Origin: Squalus acanthias
Taxonomy: Eukaryota
NCBI GenBank assembly: GCA_030390025.1
Contig: CM059433.1
Coordinates: 16,618,001 to 16,682,000 of the forward strand
Length of the DNA stretch: 64,000 nt
Direction of reading: 5' to 3'
The first letter of the stretch is position 1; each line of letters begins with the position of its first letter. Under the pieces are notes generated by a model. That model was not told the origin of the DNA. It did not search any database and saw nothing but the letters and a program-made list of their open reading frames with translations. A program made the position numbers and the translations under genes. This document shows, in pieces, positions 36,071 through 46,990 of this stretch.

Positions 36071-37119
36071 TGTCTGGAGAACAATGACATTGGCTTTCCT
36101 GCACAAGGCATACCACAGAATGATCTTTTTCAGGATCAGATCAAAAACAGCAGAAGGTGCAAGTCCTGTGTGATTTCACGATTCCTTATAGACTAGGGTG
36201 GCATTCTGTGCATGTTTCTGTACAGGCCGACGGAAAAAGAGGACAAGAGGAGTAAAAAATAACTTTCAAAAAGATTCCCAGAGGATAGTAGGCCAATGAA
36301 ATAAGCAGCCGGCTTGTGCGGTGAGTGCAGATTCGCTGAGAGCTGGGGTTGAGATTACGGCGTACAAAAGGTAGGTGCAATAATAAGTAATATAAATTGT
36401 GGCAAATCGTGTGTTCTCCTGGACTAGTTTTGATCACCTAAGGGGGTCGGAGAGGAATTTTCCCGATTTTTTTTCTCCCTAAATTGTCCTTGGGTATTTT
36501 ATCTGATTTTGGTTTTCTTGTTCCATCAGATCACTTGACTGCGGACAGGTGGCGGTTGTTGTAAACCATGATGCTTAGGGCATCATGGCTGTATGGAGCA
36601 GGTTCGAATGACCAGCTGGTCTTCTGCTGTCATTCATCTTTCCCATGTTCATAAAAGAAACAATGTAAAGCTTTTGTAATTTGCATGGACTGCTATAATG
36701 TCTGGACAGTCCATTCCACGCTTACTGCGAAGGGGTTCCTGGACAGTGAAGGGGTTCCTGGACTGATCACCCCCACTCCCCCTTATTAAGAATAGAGGAA
36801 AACCGTTTTGGAGCCTGACAGCATTCGTCAAGCTTCGATGTTGTTTTTCTCTCCAGTCTTTCCCTCTTACTCCCCCATGAAGACAACGAATCATGCTGAG
36901 GTAGTACTAGGGGTTAGTGCCTTCCAATACCTCACCACCAAATGGTTATTGTTCATGTCCAAGCCAGGGCAGTCATGGCAGACTGTTCTTCAGAATTAAA
37001 CCTTATTTTGGACGGTTTCTGGGCAGGCAGGTGCAGGAAATGCAGTCAGAACCTATTCCATTATAGCCCCAGCCTTCACTGCCACTTCTGGGATTCTCTG
37101 CTGGAAGTGATAACAGATA

Positions 37120-37580
37120 AAAGAAAAAAAAACTTGCATTTATATAGAGCCTTTCGTGACCTCAGGATGACCCGAAGCGCTTTACAGCCAATGAAGTACT
37201 TTTGAAGTGTAGCCACTGTTGTAATGTAGGAAACACAGCAGCCAATTTGTGCACAGCAAGCAGCAATGTGATAATGACCAGACAACCTGTTTCTAGTGAT
37301 GTTGATTGAAGGATAAATATTGGCCAGGGACACCGGGGAGAACTCCCCTGCTCTTCTTCGAAATAGTGCCACGCGATCTTTTACATCCACTCGAGAGGGC
37401 AGACGGGCCTCAGTTTAACATCTCATCCAAAAGACGGCACCTCCGACAGTGCAGCACTCCCTCAGCACTGCACTGGAGTGTCAGCCTAGATTTTTGTGCT
37501 CAAGTCCCTGGAGTGGGACTTGAACCCACAACCTTCTGACTCAAGAGGCGAGAGTGCTGCCCACTGAGCCACAGCTGACA
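37120..37580 (-). mobile_element. Full-length Deu-domain SINE
   Basis: Reverse complement of 14726-15190 with intact A and B boxes. Confidence 0.85.
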
Positions 37581-37884
37581 CTGGTGGATGCAAAATATGC
37601 CTGCTTATATTAGCAATGCTGGAAAGGGGGCGCTGGTGTTGCTCAGGAGGTGGAAGCGAATTTAAAATTTAAAAGGACAGCATTGCCTAATGCAATTTAT
37701 CACCAACCGATTGATTCCACCAGGCAGCAGATAATCAAAAAAAAAAGTTATTTTGCTTCAGTCAGCACTGACGGCAATGCTGTGCTGCAACAAGTGCTCA
37801 CTTCCCCCACTGGAAGCTGCCAGCTCTGGAAGGCTGGAAATACTGCTGGTTGCCTGTCACGAATATTATAATTAGTCTGAGGCT

Positions 37885-38060
37885 GAAAGGTTGGCTGGCA
37901 CCAGGTCAAATAGGATGGCGAGGTTGCAAACAGTCTGGCTCAGCCTCAGACATTGGCCAGGGAGGGGGTTGAAATCGGTGACTCGGAAACGGAGTGTGCG
38001 GCGGGGGCCGAAGACAATGGCTTCGGCATCCCAATATTTAACTGGAGCAAATTTCTACCA
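37885..38060 (-). mobile_element. L2 internal fragment
   Basis: GCAAACAGTCTGGCTCAGCCTCAGACA..GGCCAGGGAG is shared with the L2 at 21720-21760. Confidence 0.6.
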
Positions 38061-38205
38061 ATCTCTACCTCAACCATTCCATTTTCTTTTTGATCAGACT
38101 GGGAGCTGACGCATGCAGGGACCGTCACCGTGCCTATGAATCTCCAAACCAACTTATTGAGTAATTTCTGCATGCAATTGGATAGTTAGAAATTGTGGAC
38201 ACTAA

Positions 38206-38951
38206 GGGCTGGATTTTGTCTTGGGGTCGGGTTGGGGTCGTGTTACCCGCATTTCGTGTTATCCGCCCGCCTGAAATTGGATGTGGGAGATTGATGCAAT
38301 TTTCACTTAATTGGGCAATTGAGTTCCAACATGTGGGAACCCATGAACCAATTAGTGGTTTCAGTCTGAAAGTCGCCTCTGATGATGTCATCATTGCAGG
38401 TCAGAGACTGCCAGGTCTCAGAGATTGCCTGGCCTTTGCTGTGAGAGGACCTGGATGCAAAATGAGCAGGAGAGAGAGAGAGAGAGAGATTTTTTTTTGC
38501 ATCCAGGTCCTCTCACAGTAAAGGCCAGGCAGTCTCTGAAGACATTCAATGCAGCAGCATCAGAGGTGACTTTCAGACCTAATACTACTACTACCTTCAT
38601 CACATCTCCATTGTAATAGTGGACCTGCAGCTGATAGTCAGCTATCCACTTGTGCTCCCACCAGGTTTCACTGGTGTGTTTCACATCAGGCGTGCTTCAC
38701 GTCAGAAAAGGGTTAAACTAGCTAAAACGTTTCAAAATGGCATTACAGAGCCAATTTAGGGCTTGTTAAGGGCTTTAATGGCCTCTTCCGCCTCTTGGAG
38801 GTGGGACAGAGTCGGGAACACCGCACACGATTTTATCAAAATTGCGTGGAGGCAGGTTGGAGGTGGGATGGGGTCGGGACCCCCGATTCTGCAACTTTAA
38901 CCCCCCACACGCCTCCAAACCCGACTCCACGGGTCATTGAAAATCCAGCCC
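38206..38951. mobile_element. Harbinger-type MITE, family C, with a long central hairpin
   Basis: Perfect TIR GGGCTGGATTTT / AAAATCCAGCCC and canonical TAA/TAA TSD. Confidence 0.85.
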
Positions 38952-39297
38952 TAAGATACTGTCTCAGGTTCAGAATCACTGGTCTTTCCCATAAGTGGAC
39001 CCTGCTTCTCTTACAATCAGAACTTCATCTTTACTGCTCAATATTTAGTTACATGACAGCATGGCATGAACAATGAAACCTCTTATTTTAAATGACGTTG
39101 TAATTCTGGATGTACTGCCACATCATCTGCAAGGCCAATTGTAAATCAATGAACTGGCTTATTTTAACAACCGATAAGTGAATGTAGCATTGCTAGTAAA
39201 TCTCATCTTCAACTTAATTCAGTAATGCTCCTCGTGACATAGAAAATAACAAAACAGGTCACATTGTCCCCGTTAGTAATCTAAATGCGACTTTACG

Positions 39298-39472
39298 GTT
39301 TGCAGGATTATCTGGTGCTGAGCGGGAAGAATCCTGGTCCACAATGCCAGGTCTACCTTCCCCTTCAACCCCCTCACACACCCCAGGTTCCACTAGTGAG
39401 CCAGGGTGGCTGGTCAATCATCAACATTGCCCTGGAGGATTGTGCATCTGTCTGGTTCAGGTATCAGATTAT
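39298..39472 (+). repeat. Unclassified interspersed repeat (second copy at ~62150-62316, -)
   Basis: Shared TTGCAGGATTATCT...AGCGGGAAGAA...TCTACCTTCC...AGTGAGCCAG...TGGTCAATC...TCTGTCTGGTTCAGGTATCAGATTAT. Confidence 0.7.
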
Positions 39473-39473
39473 A

Positions 39474-40178
39474 GGCTGGGGTTTAACCCTCCTTGCCCAG
39501 CATGAATGGTGCGAGGGAGAGGTTAAAATTGGAAAAAATGTAGCTCTCGGCTCCAACCCGCCGTGTTCCCAGCTGTGAGAGTTTTTACGATGGCGAATCA
39601 GGCCTTCGATGAGGCTCCCACTAAAGGCTGGCCGGGGCTAACTTAAGATGTAAAAGTCACGGCCCGATGACCTCATCGGCACCATGGCAAAATGTTTACC
39701 TCCCGTCAGGGGTTGTCCTGCACTGACTGCAGTCCAGCAGCAGAACCACGGCTGGAGGAGCCGACTGGTCAGAAGAGGCCAAGGTAAGTTTGAAAAATGT
39801 TCTTCTGTTGGAGCTCCTCGTGGGCCAGGAGGAGCAGGAGTGCTACCCACAGGCCCCGCAAGGAAATCCTTGGGCCTCCCCAGCCCCGGTATTCCCTCCT
39901 ATGGCACTGGAACCCCGCCCCCGATTGCCTCCAGACCTCTCGTCCCACTGACTGCCATGAACTGTTCCCACGGATCTCTGGCTACGGCCTCCTGCCGCTA
40001 AATTCACGCTCCCACCCGCCGGCCAGGTAGTGAATCTATCCGGGTGTCGAGCGAAACTCCGGGTACTTTGATTTAAATATCTTATCGGCAGGGCCTCCAC
40101 ATCCCCGGACACTTCAGGTGCGCCGCCCACTTTGGTGCTTGAGCTCACTGTTCCCACCCCACTTTTAAAATGGTTGCG
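39474..40178 (+). mobile_element. Degraded Harbinger-type MITE
   Basis: GC/CpG-rich block with TTAAAAT subterminal motifs at both ends and an internal AAG|GTAAGT at ~39783. Confidence 0.45.
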
Positions 40179-40844
40179 TTTATTTCCAACACCAGATTAC
40201 TGATTGGTCACCTTGGAGGACAAGACCTGATTTCTGATTAGTCCCTTTGGAGGACAAGACAGTTTCTCTGGAATGTGTAATTAGATCCTGCCTGCCTAAG
40301 TAATCAATTACTTTGCAAAGTGTAATTCGAGCCATTCTGACTGCCAGGCTCCGGACAGAAGAGAGCTCACATAGAACAGACAGGGCTCACCCTCACGGGT
40401 TAAGACCTTCTCCTGCCACCCCAACAAGTTCCTAACCTTCCTCCCACCCCCCCAAATTTCCTGACCTTCTCCCCGCAACAAGTTCCTGACCTTCCCCCCA
40501 CCCCCATAGATGGGGCATTGTGTGTGGGTCACGGATTGTTAACAGTTTTATTGGGTATGAAGTGAATAGTGACAATGTCATGATTTCCGGATTTAGTCCA
40601 ATCCAATGATGTCACTTGCCACTCATGCAGCGAGCTTTCCGAGAAATCAACCAGGTCTAGGGGGAGGATAGGGAGAACGTGGTGCGGGTGTAAAGGGGGT
40701 GGGGTTGGAAGAATATGAACCATCTTATCATCTGGATTACATTCTCACTCTCATTTTCTCCCCCTTTAGATTTGGATCACGTTCTTCCCCCATCCCCACT
40801 ATGCTCTCCATGCTCTTTACCACCATCCCCCCGAATTCCTGACC

Positions 40845-41925
40845 TTCTCTCCCCCGCCCAAGTCCCTGACCTCCTCTCCCCCGATCCTCTCTTCCCCTTC
40901 GATCCTTTCTCTCCCTTCGATCCTCTCTCTCTGCCCTCTCCACTCTTTCTCTCTCCCCCTCCATTCTCTCTCTCCCCCCTCCGATTCCCTCTATCTCTCA
41001 CCCACCTCTCTCTCCCCCCTCCAATCCTCTCTCTCGCTCCCCCCTCCGATCTCTCTCTCTATCTCTCACCCACCTCTCTCTCCCCTCCTCTCTCCCCCCT
41101 CCAATCCTCTCTCTCTCTCTCCCCTCCGATCTCTCTCTCTATCTCTCACCCACCTCTCTCTCCCCCCTCCAATCCTCTCTCTCCCCCCTCCGATCTCCTC
41201 TCTCTCTCTCCCCCACTCCAAACTCTCTCTCCCCCCTCCAATCTCCTCTCTCTCCCCCACTCCGATTCCTTCTCCCCCTCCGATTCCCTCTCTCTCCCCC
41301 CTCCAATCTCCTCTCTCTCCCCCACTCCGATTCCTTCTCCCCCTCCGATTCCCTCTCTCTCCCCGCTCTGATCTCCTCTCTCTTCTCCCTCTGATCTCCT
41401 CTCTCTCGCTCTCCCCTCCGATTCCCTCTCTCCCCTGAACCCTCTCTCTCCCCCCCAATTCCCCCTCTCTCCCCTCTCCGATTCCCTCTCTACCCCATCT
41501 CCTCTTACTCTTACCCCTCTGATCTCCTCTCTCTCCCCTCCCCTCTTTATCCCCCCTCCAATTCCCTCTCTCTCTCCCCTCCTCTCTCTCCCTTCCGATT
41601 CCTCACTCTTCCCTCCTCTCTCTCTCCCCCTCCTCCAATTCCCTCTCTCCCCGATCCCCTCTCTCTCCCCCCTGATCCCCTCTCCCCCCCCTTTGATCCC
41701 CTCTCTCTCTCCCCCCTCTGATCCCTTCTCTCTCTCCCCCTCTGATCTCCTTTCTCTTTCTCCCCCCCTCCAATTCCTTCTCTCTCAGCTCTCTCTCTCC
41801 CCTCCCTCCCCTTCCGAACCCTTCTCTCTCCCCCCTGATCCCCTCTCTGCCCCCACTCTGATCCCCTCTTTTCTCCCCCCTCCAATCCTCTCTCTAACCC
41901 CCTCTCTCCCCTCTCTCTCTTCCCC
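40845..41925 (+). repeat. ~1.1 kb polypyrimidine minisatellite (units like CTCTCTCTCCCCCCTCCGAT)
   Basis: Direct reading. It is followed by a CpG-rich segment ending in TIR-like TAAAATCGGGGTC (~42106), so it is probably internal to a MITE. Confidence 0.9.
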
Positions 41926-43261
41926 CCCGCCCGGCCACCAACAGATCCAGTGACCTTCTCCATACGGAGCTGGGGAAAGCGTGGCCCACGCTGTAGACCG
42001 CAACTGTTGGGTACTGCACATGCGCGGCTCCGAGATACCGCGCACATGTGCAGAAGGCTGCTAAAGTGTTTGTGCAGATAATCCCTCCATTCTAAAATCG
42101 GGGTCGTAGAGTCTACCACGGTAGGTTCATTTGGTTCTGAACTTCCACTGTCAGATGTGTCATTTTGGAGCCACTTCAGTCCCAAACAGACTCCACTAAC
42201 GAGGAGGTTAGTCATTATTTGGTCATGAGTCAACTCATAAGTGTGGGTTTCAACCCTACTAGGTGGGCAGCAAGTGCCAGGAGCTCCTCATGACTGGATT
42301 GGTGAGTAACATGATGGATCATAAAATGTGTGACTGTATTGCTACCATCCTCCTGACCACAACATGAATACACATTGGGACAAAAGTGAATAATTTTTTC
42401 CTGTGATGTTTTTTTAAAAATTAGATTATCTCTTGCTGGTCACAGCACACACAGAGTTAAGGACAGTTACTAGTTCTACAAGCTACACAGGATATACGTT
42501 ACAGTCTGGCTGATAGTCACACCCCAGGATGAGGCAGAGACATATATAGTTCATGAATCCCTAGGTATGCATGGTTTGATCGCTGCTACTGTACCTGGAA
42601 GGGGACCCATCTAACAGGCCCTTCAGTGTATGGTACAGATTAATGAGTCAAAGCCATTCCTTTCAAGTATCCTATGTAATTGACAGCCTGTGAATGGCTG
42701 GCCAGCTAATGTAGTTATGAAAGATACATTTTTCAGTGTCCATTGTTTCAGTATATCTTCAAAAGCAGTCTCAAAAGTATATCTGAAGCTGATTTTCTCC
42801 TAGTTCAGTCAGGTCGAAGCAATCAGGGGTACAAAGCTAATCAGAGATTCCAAGGCAGCTTTTCACTCATTAAGATGTGAGCAACCATGCTTTTAAGCAT
42901 CAATTTTATATTGAGGACTAGCGCAAGAGAAACTTAACATTGCCCCAAGTTCACCTCAGTCTGTTGTGGCTGCATCCCCTTTTTGCCACAAATGCACCTC
43001 CCAACTTGCTCCTGCCCCTGGAAGCCTTTCCACAATACATGCATAGGAGTTCTGAACCATGAAGGACACACATCCTATACACCCCAGCATTCATCTACAT
43101 TAGGACTCTTCTCTCATTGAGGAAAGATGAGGAAGACCAAAGTGCCCCATGCCCCTTCTCAGTGTGGTCCTGAAGAAATGTATGCTGCCTGAAGCTGGCA
43201 CGGATCCGTACACCTAGGTTCTAATAAGAATCAAGAATCAAAACAAAGGCCATTATATACA

Positions 43262-43615
43262 GGGTACGGTAGCATCGTGGTTATGTTACTGGACTAGTAA
43301 TCCAGAGGCCTGGACTAATCATCCGAGAGACATGCGTTCAAATCCCACCATAGCAATTAATTAAATTAATCTGGGATAAAAAGCTAGTAATAGTGACCAT
43401 GAAACTATTGGATTTGTCATAAAAACCCATCTGGTTCACTAATGTCTTTTAAGGAAGGAAATCATCTGGCCTTTATATGACCACAGCAATGTGGTTGACA
43501 GTTAACTGCCCTCTGAAATGGCAGCTCACCACCACCTTCTCAAGGGCAATTAGGGATGGGCAATAAATGCTGGCCTTGCCAGTGATGCCCACATCCTATG
43601 AATGTATAAAAAAAA
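43262..43615 (+). mobile_element. tRNA-derived SINE with CR1-group tail
   Basis: A box GGTAGCATCGTGG, B box GTTCAAATCC, and a tail shared with the LINE end at 5330-5505. Confidence 0.75.
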
Positions 43616-45302
43616 AATAACTACCAATCAATACTTTTGAGATCCCATCTTAAGCTGTGCAAAGTCATAACTCTACACTTGATGACGCCCAGCACCACCA
43701 CTATATCCCACTGGTTAGCCCATCACTCCATCATGACCACTGGATAGGGATCAGGACAAGTACCCTGACAGCCTTGACTGGTGCCTCTGTTGCCACTACG
43801 GGTGAGATTGGCTATCTCAGCCAGACCGCAGATCAGACCAGGAATGTTTATGATCCATAAGGCTGAGCACCGTACTATTTCCATCTACAATCCTCCATTT
43901 TTTTTTACTGCTCAGTTGTTTTTGTTAGTAAGTGAGTTCCTTGTATGCACAACGCATGCATGCAACTCATTCAGGTAATGCATCAAAGTACAAGAATTTC
44001 CACTCTTCCTGGCCCAAAAAGTGAGCAAATCTGCTCTATAAAATTTATTGCATGGAAAAATAGACAGATACCCGCTTTGTACCCCTTTCGTATTACAGGT
44101 CTGCTGCAGATTGGCAGCCCTGGCTTCAGTGTCATCTCTATAAACGTAAATGAGATGGCACCGTGGCCGCTGGAGGAGCCGAGAACCATTTCAACAGGTC
44201 ATGTTGGGCTGCTGCTCTTTACCAGCAGCAACTCCATGGAACAGGAGTAGGTCATTCAGCCCCTCGAGCCTCTTCCGCCACTCAATTAGATCATGACTGG
44301 TCTTGTACCTTAATTCTATCTACTCGCCTGGTAAGCAGACCAGAAGGAAAAGCTGCAATTGTACGCGCGCAGTTGTTTGAAAGTCACAAATAAGAGTGCG
44401 CACGTATTGTATTTTTCTTCCCGCTACTGCACTGAAATTGCGGCTGTAAAATGGACGGATTCCACAGTGCCAGCAACCTTCAAGTAGAAGTGTGTCTTTA
44501 AAAGGGGGGCCATTAAGGGCATTCGTCAGCCTTGGTTTTATAGTTTAACTCTTTGATCAGATTAATGCCTTGTAATTTACTCACAAGTATCCATTAATCA
44601 ACACAATAACTGATTTGAGGGCAGCTGCACTTCAAACCCCTGCCTCCCTAGGAAATCGGATGCACTTTGGGTTTTTCTGATCTGTTCTAAGTGCAATCCC
44701 TTTGGTGCTGTAACTATAAACAGGGTATTACCGACAACTTCCAGACCTCACTGACCACCTCTAAACTGTGAGATAAGCTCAGACACCTGTTGGAGGTAGA
44801 AATTGGCAGAATGCAATTAGCAGCAATCGGAAAGTCAGGAGCCCTGATAATTGGTTTATTGAACAGCTTAAATGTCAAACAGTTCTCCTGAAAGCTTCAG
44901 AAAGTGATCAACTCAAAGATTATGCATACCTGGTATAAAGACTAATTTAGTGAAATCCCAGTAGACAGGTCAATTTAATTTGTTTCCGTTCCTGCGTTTC
45001 AGAGGAGCACTGAAATAGCAGTAAACACCAAAAGGAAGGACGATTCATAGTAGCAGAGCAAAGACCCTTTTCTGAGCTTCCTTTGCTGTCTTAAAAGTAC
45101 ACCCTGGGAACATATTTTTACCCCCCCAGTTTCATTCATAGCTTGTCGCTCCAAAACAGCAGCCAGGGCCTGGTGTTGTCATTTATCTCGAATAGTTCCC
45201 CGGGAGTACAAGATGTTGACAGTGAGAACTGCATCAGGCAGTTTGCCAAGGCTCTGCACATTCATATCTGGGGTCCATTCGCAACTTCCACTTGGTCATA
45301 TT

Positions 45303-46046
45303 GGGCCAAAAATTCATCCCGCGACGCGAGAGTACGCACTGCGTACTCTCGCGTATTCTCTCTCCAATTGCTGGTTTTCTGCATGCCCTGCGCATGCGCT
45401 GAAAACCGGCACTTGGTCTTTTGAAAAGGGGGCGGTTCCTCGGTGCATCGCGTGCGCGCTACAGGCTGCGCGCACGCTGTGCACTTCATGCTTTGGACGC
45501 GCAGGTAAGTACGGAAGATTTTAGAAATGGAAAAAGGAGGAGTAAGACCCACTTTTAACAAGGTAAGTAGTGAATTAAGTATTTTTTTGAATTTTTTTTA
45601 ACAGGTATATCTTTTTTAGAGACATTAAAGACAGGTAAGTTTATTTTTATAACTTTTTAAAAGATTTTAAATTTTTTCAAAAATTTAATTTTTTATTTAA
45701 AATGGTTAATTTATTTAACTATACTTATTTTATTAATGTGATGGTTTTTTTTTTTAATTTAATTGAGGTTTAGCTGTTATTTTGGGGGGGTGTAAGATTC
45801 ATAGATTTCACAGCACGTATGTGAAACTTATGAATGGAAGATGGTGTGCTGCCATTGGCTCTAACTGAGTCACGTGATCCCACAGCTCGCACGAATTCAC
45901 TACGCCGGTGGGATACGCAAGCACTGCCCAGCTGATGTCTGGAACATCAAGTTCGTGCGAGCTGGATCTGAAAAAGCACAAGCGGAGTGAGAGATCGCGG
46001 GGAAGCCTTACCCCCGCGGGAACAGAGCGAGATCAATTTCTGGGCC
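45303..46046 (+). mobile_element. Harbinger-type MITE, family A copy 2
   Basis: TIRs GGGCCAAAAATT / AATTTCTGGGCC, TSD ATT/ATT; homologous to 8027-8806. Confidence 0.75.
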
Positions 46047-46139
46047 ATTGTCACCAGTCTGCTAAAGTAGGGAGGGGGGGGAAGGGAAATCAGCCAAGGC
46101 TCTGGCTCCTGATTGCTAACCAGTGAACTCTCACTGGAA

Positions 46140-46181
46140 AGCCCCATGTTTTTCACTTACAGCCCCATGTTTTTCACTTAT
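46140..46181 (+). repeat. 21-bp tandem duplication (AGCCCCATGTTTTTCACTTAY x2)
   Basis: Direct reading. Confidence 0.85.
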
Positions 46182-46230
46182 AACCCTTCCTATCCCATGT
46201 ATCTGTCTCACATTCTCCCTCCCACCCCAT

Positions 46231-46990
46231 GGGCTGGATTTTCCAAGCCCCGAGGAGGCGGGCATGGAGGCGGAACTGCTGGTAAAGTAGCAGAAAGTGG
46301 GGGCGGGTGGCAAACCCGCCCCCATCCCACCTCCGTGCCCTTTTACCAGGAGGCAGGCAGAAAAAAGGATTAGTGCCATTTTACCTTCACAGGTGAAGGC
46401 TTCCCGACCTCGGAGAACCCCGCTGGGTTGGAGGAGACGTGAAGGAGGTCTGCGGCGGTCGGAGGCACCTGGAAGTAAGATGTAGAGCTGAGTGATGGGT
46501 GCAAGTGTGGAGTGGTAAGTATGTAAGGTGAGTGATAAGTGTAAAAAAATGTTCACTTACCTTGTTTTCTTCTTACAGCCTTCATCCTCTCTGGATCGGG
46601 AGACCCGACATCCTCGTTGTCGATTTCACAGACTGGCTGTTGGATCCTCCGAACCAACAGCCATCTGAAATTGACAAAGTTGAAAGGTTTGATGAGTCCT
46701 GAACACAAGGACTCATCAAACTACAGAGAATGTCAGTGTTTACAGCTTCACAGAGCTGTCAAACGCTGACATTTCTTCTTCCAAGAAGTCTTGACAATTA
46801 GCACATCTAACGTTGATGTGCTCTGTCAGTGACTTCCTCCCTAATTGGCCTGCTGAGCCCACAGAGCGGGCTTAACAAGGTCAATCAGGGGAAAATCCCT
46901 CTGGTTGGTCAGACGAGGATGGAGGCGGGACATTGACACGACAAGCAGCAGTCCCGCCTCCAACTCGTCTCCATTGAGAAAATCCAGCCC
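46231..46990 (-). mobile_element. Harbinger-type MITE, family B copy 2
   Basis: Perfect TIR GGGCTGGATTTTC / GAAAATCCAGCCC; flanks CAT/AAA (no clean TSD). Internal hairpins are homologous to 27303-28129. Confidence 0.8.

Noticed and set aside
40715..42233. Pro/Ser/Leu-rich and Gly/Glu/Arg-rich ORFs (218 and 228 aa)
   Set aside because: Translations of the CT minisatellite.
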